Below, piece by piece: positions 1 to 9,287 of a stretch of DNA of 64,000 nucleotides (within the stretch, counting starts at the first letter, position 1; every line of letters begins with the position of its first letter). The stretch covers positions 288,001 to 352,000 of the forward strand of contig JBEKOM010000001.1 in assembly GCA_049521795.1 (NCBI GenBank), read 5' to 3'. The position numbers and the translations under genes were made by a program. Under the pieces are notes generated by a model that saw only the letters and a list, made by a program, of their open reading frames with translations, did no database searches and was not told where the DNA came from. The stretch is from Candidatus Bathyarchaeia archaeon (GTDB taxonomy: Archaea; Thermoproteota; Bathyarchaeia; Bathyarchaeales; Bathycorpusculaceae).

Positions 1-152
1 AGCGTCATAAAGTGAGGAGCCCAGGCGTTCCAGAGACATGATCTTATCCGTATGTAGAACCTTTCACGCCTTTAATAGCTGTTCCGTAACCCAAGCTCAG
101 ATTCCATAAACTTTTTACATTCACAAACCCTTAAGAAACGTGAGGGTTTAAT

Positions 153-899
153 TTGAGCGAACAAGTAAGAATCATCGAGCGAAAGAAGATTCCGTCCGGA
201 GCCACATTGATCTTCGGATTTCCCGACGTTGGACTCGTAGGCGTGATAGCGGCTTCGCATCTGATTGACGAACTCAACCTTGAAGAAGTGGCCTATCTAG
301 ACTCCAAGCTTCTACCACCACTCATTGTTCTGCACGAAGGCCTACCACACTCTTCGATACGGATTTTCGCAGCCGGCAACATCTTACTAGCAATATCCGA
401 AGCCCCAATACCTGTCGACATCATCTATCCCATAATGGATGCATTAATCGACTGGGGAAAGAGCAAGAACATCAAGATGATGATTTCACTGAGTGGTCTC
501 CCCATCCAAGATCGGCAGGACGCCAAGGAGCTGAAAACCTTCGCCGCCGCATCAAGTCCCGAGGCCCTTAAAATGGCTCAGGACAAGAGCATTGAAATTC
601 TGACGGAAGGCTACATGGTTGGCCCTCAAGCAATCATGCTGCAGCGAGCGGCAAACGCTGGAACTCCAGCTTTAACATTGCTTGCCCAGTGCTTCTTCAA
701 CTATCCGGACCCAGAAGCAGCGGCTGAAGTCTTGAAAGACCTTGAAAAGATCACAGGAGTGAAAGTCGACGTCGCAAAACTCCTTGAAAAAGGCGAAGAG
801 ATACGGCTGAGAGCCAGAGATGTCATGAAGAGAACACAGGAAGAGATGTCCAAGATGAAGAAGGGCCAAGAGTACGACATTCCAATGTATGTTTCATAG
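153..899 (+). CDS. PAC2-family proteasome assembly chaperone
   Basis: GFPDVGLVGVIAA N-terminal motif, YPDPEAAA motif and C-terminal PMYVS (HbYX-like) tail. Confidence 0.9.
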   Translation: MSEQVRIIERKKIPSGATLIFGFPDVGLVGVIAASHLIDELNLEEVAYLDSKLLPPLIVLHEGLPHSSIRIFAAGNILLAISEAPIPVDIIYPIMDALIDWGKSKNIKMMISLSGLPIQDRQDAKELKTFAAASSPEALKMAQDKSIEILTEGYMVGPQAIMLQRAANAGTPALTLLAQCFFNYPDPEAAAEVLKDLEKITGVKVDVAKLLEKGEEIRLRARDVMKRTQEEMSKMKKGQEYDIPMYVS

Positions 900-913
900 G
901 GAGGAAAAGTGGA

Positions 914-1348
914 ATGGCGATAAGAAGAAAACGTTCAGTTTCCGAAATAATCGACGAGTATTTTGCAGACTTTGACAAGTGGGCTGAAGGCTTCAGAGAA
1001 GTCTTCACGGACAGACCAAGTTGGAACCTTCGCAACTGCTCAATAGAACCCCTCCGCGACATGATGATGACTCCGAAAGAAGTGTTGGTCACTGTTGACC
1101 TACCCTTCACAAGCAAGAGCACGGTGAAGGTTGAGCCGGTTGGCAGCAACTCGCTCGAAATAACGGCAAAGATGAAAAAGAAAATACGACTTAACGACCT
1201 TGGAATAACCTACTGCAGAGGAGAATTTCAAAAATTCCATAGCCATATGTTTATTCCAGTTTCAGTCAACATGAAGAAAATGCAAGTTCAATACAAAAAG
1301 GGCATCTTAGAGATACACTTGCCGCGCAAACATCAACTTTCAACATAA
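914..1348 (+). CDS. Hsp20/alpha-crystallin small heat shock protein
   Basis: EPLRD..VLVTVDLP and YKKGILEIHLPR alpha-crystallin motifs; GGAGG Shine-Dalgarno upstream. Confidence 0.85.
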   Translation: MAIRRKRSVSEIIDEYFADFDKWAEGFREVFTDRPSWNLRNCSIEPLRDMMMTPKEVLVTVDLPFTSKSTVKVEPVGSNSLEITAKMKKKIRLNDLGITYCRGEFQKFHSHMFIPVSVNMKKMQVQYKKGILEIHLPRKHQLST

Positions 1349-1498
1349 GAAAAGGCTGAAGCCTCAGACATTTGAATTATCGTCACAGATCAGACGGCTC
1401 TTCTTTACATCATCGGCCTCACCAACGTGGTGGCCAGACACGAAGATAAACTTTGACGGAAAATCTTTTATCGACAAAACGATGCTCAGTTGTAAGGA

Positions 1499-1747
1499 TT
1501 GAAAAACAGGCGAAAATCATTGACGGCCGAACGCGCGATCCACTTCGCCATATTTACATTTCTTCTGATCGGTTTAGGAAGTGTGAGCGCTTGGGCATGC
1601 TACACGTACCTGCTCGAATTGATACTCAAAATCGCGGTCATTGCATTGAGTTGGGGAACGATACTTTTGGTTTTCTACGTGGGCTTTGGAAAACTGGGCT
1701 GGGACTGGTGGAGCCAGAGAAAAAGTGAACCAGATAAAAAAAGCTAG
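1499..1747 (+). CDS. small two-TM membrane protein, hypothetical
   Basis: 82 aa with basic N-terminus and two hydrophobic segments. Confidence 0.55.
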   Translation: MKNRRKSLTAERAIHFAIFTFLLIGLGSVSAWACYTYLLELILKIAVIALSWGTILLVFYVGFGKLGWDWWSQRKSEPDKKS

Positions 1748-1767
1748 CTCAAGAAAGGTCCTGCAGT

Positions 1768-2160
1768 CTACTTTGTTCTCATGATTTTGGTTCTGCCAAG
1801 AATCTTCCAGTACTCAACCTCGACGCCTTGAGTGAGCTTGGCTTTCAACTCTTCCTCCTGCGGGAAAGGAGCATCAAAGTACTCGTAGGTTTCCAAATCC
1901 ATTATTTGGACCCCAGAAGGGGTGACAGCAAACACTTGGCCCATTCTTTTGTCGATTATCGGCACTTCCGCGCCAAGATCAACAGGTTTAACAAACTGAC
2001 GTTTCTGACCGTCAAACACGCCGATCGCAACTATTCTAAACTTGGCAGAACCGTGCTTACCAGGCTTCGACTTCGTAATGTCAACGATGTGGCAAGGTTC
2101 ACCATCAATAATCATGTAGCCCCCAACGCGCAGGCTTCCAACGTCAACAGGTTTGCTCAT
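1768..2160 (-). CDS. eif5a: translation factor aIF5A
   Basis: Hypusine motif SKPGKHGSAK. Confidence 0.97.
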   Translation of the reverse strand: MSKPVDVGSLRVGGYMIIDGEPCHIVDITKSKPGKHGSAKFRIVAIGVFDGQKRQFVKPVDLGAEVPIIDKRMGQVFAVTPSGVQIMDLETYEYFDAPFPQEEELKAKLTQGVEVEYWKILGRTKIMRTK

Positions 2161-2246
2161 ATTCTCACTAACAGCCCACGATCACTATCCTCAGCAATTT
2201 TGAACAACATCCATATATAGCTTAAGGTGGCGCTACTACGCTGAAG

Positions 2247-3095
2247 GTGAAAGCCTTGTTCAAAAGCGTCGGCCTGGTTGCACGGTTCGACAGAAAAAAA
2301 GCAGTCAGACTGGCAGAAGACCTGGCCAAGCACCTGAGAGCACGGGGCTTAGAGGTCTATGCAGAAGAGACGCTGGTCAAAAAAACACGCATTAAAGAAA
2401 AATCTGTAACACTGGAGCACATGAAGACTGACTTCATAATCGCGATAGGCGGAGACGGAACAATCCTTAGAACCTGCATTTCGATCGCCAAGCCAGAGCC
2501 TCCGATACTCGGCATAAACATGGGCGTAAGGGGTTTTCTGACAGAAGTAGAACCGAAAGAGGCTTTCACAGCCGTGGACAAGTGCTTAAATGGCGAGTTC
2601 AGAATTGAAAAGTGCATGAAACTCTCCGTCATAGCAGACGGATTGAAGCTTCCAGAAGCTTTGAACGAAGTTGTAATCTCAGCCGATGAACCTGCAAAGC
2701 TGCTTTATGCTCGAGTCTTCAGAGACGAAGAATCAATCATAGGCTGCCAGTCAGATGGATTGATGGTGGCCACACAAACCGGCTCCACAGGCTATTCGCT
2801 CTCTGCGGGAGGGCCCGTTCTGGACCCTGGAGTAGACGCCTTCGTCCTCACACCAATTTGCCCGCTGACGATTTTTCGACCAATCGTTTTTCCCGCGAAC
2901 TCAACACTCGCAATTGAAGTTAGCAAACCGAGAAGAATACAGGTGCTGATAGATGGACACCATCGGCAACTCGTTACGTCCAGAGTTCCACGCCTCACCG
3001 TCACACGGTCAAAGAATGAGACATCCTTCATAAGATTCCGAGAGAATCTGTACCACCGATTAAGAAGCAGACTCTTTTTCAAGGGAATGAGGTGA
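2247..3095 (+). CDS. nadK: NAD(+) kinase
   Basis: GGDGT, LNE and TGSTGYSLSAGGP motifs. Confidence 0.95.
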   Translation: MKALFKSVGLVARFDRKKAVRLAEDLAKHLRARGLEVYAEETLVKKTRIKEKSVTLEHMKTDFIIAIGGDGTILRTCISIAKPEPPILGINMGVRGFLTEVEPKEAFTAVDKCLNGEFRIEKCMKLSVIADGLKLPEALNEVVISADEPAKLLYARVFRDEESIIGCQSDGLMVATQTGSTGYSLSAGGPVLDPGVDAFVLTPICPLTIFRPIVFPANSTLAIEVSKPRRIQVLIDGHHRQLVTSRVPRLTVTRSKNETSFIRFRENLYHRLRSRLFFKGMR

Positions 3096-3640
3096 AAGCC
3101 TTAAGCAACCCGACAGGCAGAAGAGCCATCGTCTTAGACACCTCTGCTCTCGTCGCCGGCTTGGACCCTTTCCAGATGAATGACGACCAGTACACCGTTC
3201 CAGCAGTCAGAGACGAGATCGCAGAGAACTCGATTCTCGGGTTCAGACTTCAAACCGCTGAAGAAAACGGTAAAGTGAAAGTTGAAAACCCAGACAAGAC
3301 TTACTTGGAGAAAGCTAAAGATTCAGCGAAAGAAGTAGGGGATCTCTACTTCCTGTCAGAAGCAGACCTGCAAGTCTTGGCACTGGCCCTCGAACTCAGA
3401 TCGCGCGGCTGGTCCCCGTTAATAGCCACGGACGACTATTCAATACAGAACGTCGCGAAACAGGTCGAAATACCGTTCGCCCCACTTGCTACCTTCGGCA
3501 TTCGCCGCCGCCTGCAATGGTTGCGATATTGCCCCGCTTGCCACAAGACATACTCTGCGGGCTACAAGGACTCAAAATGTGAAGTGTGCGGAACAGAGCT
3601 GAAGAGAAAACCTCTTCGAACAAAGGACTCTGAGCGTTAG
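3092..3640 (+). CDS. nob1: Nob1 endonuclease (PIN + Zn ribbon), SSU rRNA maturation
   Basis: VLDTSA, LSEAD and TDDYSIQNVA PIN motifs plus CPAC...CEVCG. Confidence 0.93.
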   Translation: MKALSNPTGRRAIVLDTSALVAGLDPFQMNDDQYTVPAVRDEIAENSILGFRLQTAEENGKVKVENPDKTYLEKAKDSAKEVGDLYFLSEADLQVLALALELRSRGWSPLIATDDYSIQNVAKQVEIPFAPLATFGIRRRLQWLRYCPACHKTYSAGYKDSKCEVCGTELKRKPLRTKDSER

Positions 3641-3704
3641 AAATTCCAAAACTATAAGACAAACTCCACAGTTTTATAAGCTTGCCATCGATGAGGAAGA
3701 AACT

Positions 3705-4280
3705 ATGAGTCTCGTTGAAGAAAAGACTGTCTACTTCGCAAAAGCAGGCGAGCAAAACACTGACACTCTTCTGGAAGTCGTGAAGAAATACGTGGAAAAG
3801 GAAGACATAAAAGACATCGTGGTTGCGTCAACAACCGGTCAAACGGGAGCAAAAGCGGCTGAGATGTTTAAGGGCCGCAATGTTGTCATCGTTACACATT
3901 GTTTCGGTTTCAAAGAGCCTGGCAAGAGTGAACTCAAGGATGAGTATGAGAGAAGAATCCTGGCAAACGGAGCAGCGATTTTCGCGGGCACCCACGCCTT
4001 GAGCAGCGCTGAAAGAGCTGTGCGCAAAGATTTCGGCACAATCCAGCCTTTGGAGCTGATGGCAAACGTGCTCCGCCGTATGGGTGAAGGAACAAAAGTA
4101 TGCGTTGAGATAAGTTTGATGGCCGCAGATGCTGGTTTGATTCCGGCCAACGAGGACATTATAGCTATCGGCGGAACCGGTCGAGGCGCCGACACCGCAC
4201 TTCGGATACACCCTGCAAACGCTGGAAAATTCTTCGATTTAAAGATAAGACAGGTAATAGCGAAACCGCACGACTTCTAG
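3705..4280 (+). CDS. pyruvate kinase C-terminal-like domain protein (MTH1675-like)
   Basis: VVASTTGQTG, GTKVCVEISLMAADAG and GGTGRGADTA motifs. Confidence 0.85.
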   Translation: MSLVEEKTVYFAKAGEQNTDTLLEVVKKYVEKEDIKDIVVASTTGQTGAKAAEMFKGRNVVIVTHCFGFKEPGKSELKDEYERRILANGAAIFAGTHALSSAERAVRKDFGTIQPLELMANVLRRMGEGTKVCVEISLMAADAGLIPANEDIIAIGGTGRGADTALRIHPANAGKFFDLKIRQVIAKPHDF

Positions 4281-4352
4281 AAATGCAGACTGTTCGAAGT
4301 TCATCGCAGGCAAATGTGCGGAGACTTAATCTAGCTTTTTCGTGAGAAACGA

Positions 4353-4781
4353 TCAGACATCGCTGCTGTCCCGCTTGCTGAAATACATTATATCATGATG
4401 CTCCTCATAGCCGCACTTTCTGAAGAGGTTTCTTGACGCAACATTCGGACCTTCAATCAAGACACAGAAGATTCTCACACCGCGTTTTCTGAGGATTCTC
4501 TCGCTTTCATCGATCAGAGCCCTCGCTATGCCGCGGTTTCTGAAGGCCGGATGCACAGCTAAACGGTTTATCCAACCCTTTCTCAGGTCACAACTTATGA
4601 CTACTGTCCCAACAAGAAGCCCTTGCTCGAAGGCCCCCAAGAAAAAGTCTGGATTAGCTTTCATTTCCAACGCTATTGCTTGCTCGCTGTCACGTCCCCT
4701 CGGTTTATGAGGCAGCTGGGCGGTAGACCAGAACCTCACGATTTCGTTGTAGTCTACTGCTGTTAGCCTACGGATTTCCAT
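4353..4781 (-). CDS. GNAT N-acetyltransferase
   Basis: LAVHPAFRNRGIARAL acetyl-CoA motif A; N..SRNLFRKCGY. Confidence 0.9.
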   Translation of the reverse strand: MEIRRLTAVDYNEIVRFWSTAQLPHKPRGRDSEQAIALEMKANPDFFLGAFEQGLLVGTVVISCDLRKGWINRLAVHPAFRNRGIARALIDESERILRKRGVRIFCVLIEGPNVASRNLFRKCGYEEHHDIMYFSKRDSSDV

Positions 4782-4799
4782 TTGAACACGCGTGCAGAC

Positions 4800-6146
4800 C
4801 TAGCTTTCCTTTTCAACTTCTCTTGTGACGTCCTCAATTATGTCCAGTGCCGTATCCACAAGCTCTCTGGTTATGATCAGAGGCGGGGCAACTCTAATGG
4901 TTGAAGCCCCGCAGGTAATGACGTTGATCCCTCTTTTCCATGAGCGGGTCATTATCTCGCTTACTTTTTGAGGTGCGGGCTTCTTGCTTTCCTTGTCTTC
5001 AACGATTTCCATTCCTATCATCAAACCCTTGCCCCTGACGTCTCCCACGATTTCACTCTTCTCTTTCAGTTCTGTGAGCCGCTTCATGATGTAAGCACCT
5101 TCCTTCGTCGCGTTCTCAAGAAGCTTTTCTTCCTTTATGACGTCAATCACCGCGCTTGCCGCGACACATGACAATGGGTTGCCGCCAAACGTGCTTGCGT
5201 GAGAGCCTGGAACCCAATCCATGATTTTGGCTTTAGCTACAGTCGCTCCCAAAGGAAGTCCCGAAGCCAGAGCCTTTGAGGTACAAAGGATGTCTGGTTC
5301 AACGCCCCAATGTTCAATTGCAAACCATTTTCCACTTCTGCCCATTCCTGATTGTACTTCGTCGTCTATCAGCAGCAGCCCATATTTGTCGGCGAGTTTC
5401 CTCAGTCGCTGGAAGTATTCTGGTGGTGGCACAACGTATCCGCCTTCACCTTGTATGGGTTCAACCACAATTCCAGCAGTGTCTTCAGCAGGAACGTACT
5501 TCTGCAGAACCTGTTCATCAATAAAGTCTACACACCAGTAGTGGCACTCAGGGAGTGTCAGCTTGAACGGGCATCTGTAGCAGTACCCGTAAGGAACATG
5601 AGTTACCCCAGGCATCAACGGGAAGAAATAGCGTTTCTGAGTCGGCTTGCTGGCTGTTAAGGACAGTGCTCCCACTGTGCGACCATGGAAAGAGCCTGTG
5701 AACGCTATGAACAGCTGTTTGCGGCTGTGCCATTTTGCAAGCTTGACAGCAGCTTCTATTGCTTCGGCTCCACTGTTGCCAAAATAAACCTTCTTTTCGG
5801 GGCTTCCAGGTGTAACATGCGCCAGTTTGTCCGCGAGCTCGACGACCTCCCTGTAGAAGAAGTCCGTGTTTGAGTAGTGCAGAAAGCGGTCGCACTGATT
5901 CTTTATGGCTGCAACCACTTTGGGATGGTTGTGGCCGACGTTCATGCACACCAAGCCAGAGTTGAAGTCGATGTACTCGTTGCCGTCGACATCCTTCACG
6001 ATGCAGCCTCTGCCTGACTCGACGACAAGGGGATAGAATCGACCGTAGGAAGGCGAAATGAGTGTTTCGTCTTTTCTAACTAGTTCTCTTGCTTTAGGGC
6101 CCGGTGGAGTGACAATAATCTTCGGATAACTAGCCATTTCCATCAC
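4800..6146 (-). CDS. class III PLP aminotransferase (4-aminobutyrate/acetylornithine family)
   Basis: NSGAEAIEAAVK, FHGRT, EPIQGEGG, DEVQSGMGRSG and STFGGNP motifs. Confidence 0.92.
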   Translation of the reverse strand: MMEMASYPKIIVTPPGPKARELVRKDETLISPSYGRFYPLVVESGRGCIVKDVDGNEYIDFNSGLVCMNVGHNHPKVVAAIKNQCDRFLHYSNTDFFYREVVELADKLAHVTPGSPEKKVYFGNSGAEAIEAAVKLAKWHSRKQLFIAFTGSFHGRTVGALSLTASKPTQKRYFFPLMPGVTHVPYGYCYRCPFKLTLPECHYWCVDFIDEQVLQKYVPAEDTAGIVVEPIQGEGGYVVPPPEYFQRLRKLADKYGLLLIDDEVQSGMGRSGKWFAIEHWGVEPDILCTSKALASGLPLGATVAKAKIMDWVPGSHASTFGGNPLSCVAASAVIDVIKEEKLLENATKEGAYIMKRLTELKEKSEIVGDVRGKGLMIGMEIVEDKESKKPAPQKVSEIMTRSWKRGINVITCGASTIRVAPPLIITRELVDTALDIIEDVTREVEKES

Positions 6147-6264
6147 CGATTGGAGCTAGACGATTAGAAAGCACGGTTTTATATAAGTATCTGTAAATCT
6201 TCAAAAAATCACATAAAAAAAGCGTGGCTATTGGCGCAGTGTCTACTCGCACTGTGGGGTTAGC

Positions 6265-7191
6265 TCATGCTTTTGCATAGAGAGCGAGTTGAGACGCGTT
6301 ACCGGATGCCAGCTTGCGATATTGCTCCCAGTCCTCGTCAATCCATTTGTGGATCTTTTCAATGTCCTCTTCCGACATGTTGCGGAATCGACCTTGTGAC
6401 GTAAAATACTCCTTGACGGGCTTGCGCTTGGCCTTGTCAACTAGTCGGTCGCTGGGAGAGTTGAGCTTGAACTTTCCATCCTCAATCTCGTAAAGAGCCC
6501 ACAAGCCGGTCAGCACTGCGAGCCGACCTATTTCTATCGTTTTGCTGGTGTCGTATCGCCACCCAGTTGGGCATGGTGCTAGGAGGTGGATGTACTTTGT
6601 TCCTTTGATCTCCTTGGCTTTTCTAAGCTTGTTCACAAAGTCCAATGGGTAGGAGGTGCAAGCAGTCGCGACGTAGGGTATTCTGTGGGCAGCCATTATG
6701 AGCGGCATGTCCTTCTTGCGCTCTCTCTTTCCAGACGGCGTAGTCGTGGTCCAAGCCCCGTAGGGTGTAGCTCCACTTCGCTGCATTCCAGTGTTGCCGT
6801 AGGCTTCGTTGTCATAGCATATGTAGATGAAGTTGGTTCCTCTTTCAGCCGCTCCTGACAGGGCTTGAATTCCAATGTCAACGGTTCCGCCGTCTCCAGC
6901 CCAGCCCACGACGGTGATGTCTTCGAGGTTTCTCTTCTTCAATGCCGCAACGATTCCTGATGCTGCCGCACCTGTAGACTCGAACAATACGTTTTCAAGA
7001 GGAACAGCAGAAGAAGTGTAAGGATAGGGTCCTTGAATCACTGTTGTACAGCAGGCTGGGACAACCATTATGATCTTGTTGCCTAACGCTTTAAAGAGTG
7101 AGCGCAGTGATACAGCTGGACCGCAGCCAGCACAGGCAGCATGACCTTTCAGCAGGTACTCTTCCTTTGGAAGATCTTTTATCGTCACCAT
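6265..7191 (-). CDS. porB: pyruvate/2-oxoacid:ferredoxin oxidoreductase beta subunit
   Basis: GHAACAGCG and GDGG...DNEAYGNTGMQ TPP motif; substrate specificity (Por vs Vor) not resolved. Confidence 0.92.
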   Translation of the reverse strand: MVTIKDLPKEEYLLKGHAACAGCGPAVSLRSLFKALGNKIIMVVPACCTTVIQGPYPYTSSAVPLENVLFESTGAAASGIVAALKKRNLEDITVVGWAGDGGTVDIGIQALSGAAERGTNFIYICYDNEAYGNTGMQRSGATPYGAWTTTTPSGKRERKKDMPLIMAAHRIPYVATACTSYPLDFVNKLRKAKEIKGTKYIHLLAPCPTGWRYDTSKTIEIGRLAVLTGLWALYEIEDGKFKLNSPSDRLVDKAKRKPVKEYFTSQGRFRNMSEEDIEKIHKWIDEDWEQYRKLASGNASQLALYAKA

Positions 7192-7197
7192 GCTTTT

Positions 7198-8376
7198 TCA
7201 CTCCTTTAAGTCGACCCATTCGGTCATTCTTTCAACTTTGCCAGCGTGCATCCATTTCAGAGATTTCCGAGCCATTGTTTCAATGGTCTCGGCGGTTACG
7301 TCTCTGCCTCCTAAACCCGCGATGAAGCCGGCCACCATGGGCCTATCTTTGTCGTTAAACAGGGCTGCTTTGGTTTCCGATGCGAGAAAACCCTCCATTC
7401 CAAAGGATATGTGGCGGTCAATCGTTGAGATCATCTGGGCGCTTCCGGCCAGCTTAGCGATTTCTTCGACTGGGTATGGACGGTAGACGCGGACTCTTGC
7501 CGACCCAACTTTCTGTCCTTCCTGGCGCAGTTTGTCAACAGCCAGTTTGGCGTCGCTTGCCATTGTTCCCATCGTCAGCATTATCAGGTCCGCATCCTCA
7601 CACTTGTACTTCTCAATGAGACCGCCGTATTCCCTTCCAAAACGCTTAGCATACTCTCTGTCAATCTGCGGGATCAATCGCCTAGCATTCTCCATGGCTT
7701 CTTGAATCATGTACCGAAACTCCATGTACCATTCGGGCGAAACCAGACTGGCGTGAGAGTATGGGCGATTGACATCCAAGGTCCAGCCAGACTTATACGC
7801 TGGTAGGAAATCATCGATCTTGTCTTGGTCTGGAATACTGGCAGGTGCGTAAGTGTGGGAGAGAATGAAACCTTCGAGACAGACCATTGCTGGCAGAAAG
7901 ACTTTTTCATCCTCGCACAGTTTGTAGGCTTGAATTATAGTGTCAAAAACTTCCTGATTGTCAGCGCAGTAGAATTGAATCCAGCCCGTGTCTCGCTGGG
8001 AAAGAGAATCGCTGAGGTCGGGCCATATGCTCCATGGAGCGCCCATGGCGCGATTTACAACGGCCATCACAACTGGCAAGCGTGAGCCTGAAGCCCAGTG
8101 TAAAGCTTCATGCATAAGGGCCAGACCATGAGCGGACGTTGCCGTGAAAGTTCTAACCCCAGTCGCAGCAGCAGACATGCAGGCCACCATAGCGCTGTGC
8201 TCAGATTCCACGCGAATGTACTCCGCGTCCATCTGTCCTGTTTCCACAAAGTCAGCTATCTTCTCAACAATGGTTGTCTGAGGGGTGATAGGGTAGGCTG
8301 CAACAACCTTAACCCTGGCGGCTTTCGCAGCGTAACCTGCCATGTGGTTTGCCGTATCAATTATCATCTGCGTCAT
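7198..8376 (-). CDS. porA: 2-oxoacid:ferredoxin oxidoreductase alpha subunit
   Basis: AYPITPQT, ESEHSA and GLGGRD motifs; start taken at ATG 8376, overlapping the delta stop codon. Confidence 0.92.
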   Translation of the reverse strand: MTQMIIDTANHMAGYAAKAARVKVVAAYPITPQTTIVEKIADFVETGQMDAEYIRVESEHSAMVACMSAAATGVRTFTATSAHGLALMHEALHWASGSRLPVVMAVVNRAMGAPWSIWPDLSDSLSQRDTGWIQFYCADNQEVFDTIIQAYKLCEDEKVFLPAMVCLEGFILSHTYAPASIPDQDKIDDFLPAYKSGWTLDVNRPYSHASLVSPEWYMEFRYMIQEAMENARRLIPQIDREYAKRFGREYGGLIEKYKCEDADLIMLTMGTMASDAKLAVDKLRQEGQKVGSARVRVYRPYPVEEIAKLAGSAQMISTIDRHISFGMEGFLASETKAALFNDKDRPMVAGFIAGLGGRDVTAETIETMARKSLKWMHAGKVERMTEWVDLKE

Positions 8377-8660
8377 TACTCTTCCTCCCGCTTCATCGTT
8401 ATTGCCTTGGTCGGACACTCGTTTGCGCAAATTCCGCAGCCCTTGCAGTAGTCATAGTCTATTTCTGGAGAATCGTCCTCTCGCCGAGTGATAGCTGCGT
8501 CCGGACAGTAGATCCAGCAAAGCGTGCAACGCGTACACTTACTGTAGTCAACCCGCGGACAGAACGTTCTCCATGACCCTGTTTTTCCCATGCTCCCGAC
8601 CGTTGGGGAGGACAGAGGTGTGAGAGGCCATTCTTTACGACTCTTTGTAGTCGCATTCAT
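8376..8660 (-). CDS. porD: 2-oxoacid:ferredoxin oxidoreductase delta subunit (2x[4Fe-4S])
   Basis: TGSWRT, CTRCTLCWIYCPD and YCKGCGICANECP. Confidence 0.93.
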   Translation of the reverse strand: MNATTKSRKEWPLTPLSSPTVGSMGKTGSWRTFCPRVDYSKCTRCTLCWIYCPDAAITRREDDSPEIDYDYCKGCGICANECPTKAITMKREEE

Positions 8661-9229
8661 TATTCTTCACTTTCCCACCATTTTGTCGCGCGCTCATAGG
8701 CCAGTTCTGTCGCTTTCGAATTCTTCTCACCAGCAGCACCTGCCCAAGTTTGGTTGACGGCTTTGAACACGCTTTCCAGTTTTACCTCGTCTGTTGCTTT
8801 GGCAAACGCGCCTAAGATTGACGTGTTTACAACGGGCAAACCTGCAACAAGCAGGTTGAGTTCAAGAGCTATTCCTGTCGCATCAACCGTGGCGACTCGC
8901 CAGCCTCTCAAGCCGAGTTCTTCAGGCTTTCTCTTCGTATTAATGACGACAATCCCGTTCTTTTTCAGTCCTTCAGTTACATCCACAACCTTGTAGATGT
9001 AAGGGTCAAGCACTATGACGTAGTCAGGATTGTAAACTTGACTGTGCACAAGTATCGGATCACTGCTCACCCTGGCGAACGCTTTAACCGGAGCACCTCG
9101 GCGTTCCGCTCCAAAATATGGAAAGGCTTGGACCCATTTACCCTCGATAAAAGCAGCGTGTGCCAGAACTTCTGCCGCGGTGACGCTTCCTTGGCCACCG
9201 CGACCATGGATCCTGATTTCCTTTAGCAT
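8660..9229 (-). CDS. porC: 2-oxoacid:ferredoxin oxidoreductase gamma subunit
   Basis: EIRIHGRGGQG and FGAERRGAPV. Confidence 0.93.
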   Translation of the reverse strand: MLKEIRIHGRGGQGSVTAAEVLAHAAFIEGKWVQAFPYFGAERRGAPVKAFARVSSDPILVHSQVYNPDYVIVLDPYIYKVVDVTEGLKKNGIVVINTKRKPEELGLRGWRVATVDATGIALELNLLVAGLPVVNTSILGAFAKATDEVKLESVFKAVNQTWAGAAGEKNSKATELAYERATKWWESEE

Positions 9230-9287
9230 CGGTTCTGCCTTCTACCGAGAAGTTAACCATGGAAAATTCGACCTTATTAGTGTTAGC

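Noticed and set aside
1-152. Partial gene at the left edge
   Set aside because: Too short to assign a frame or product
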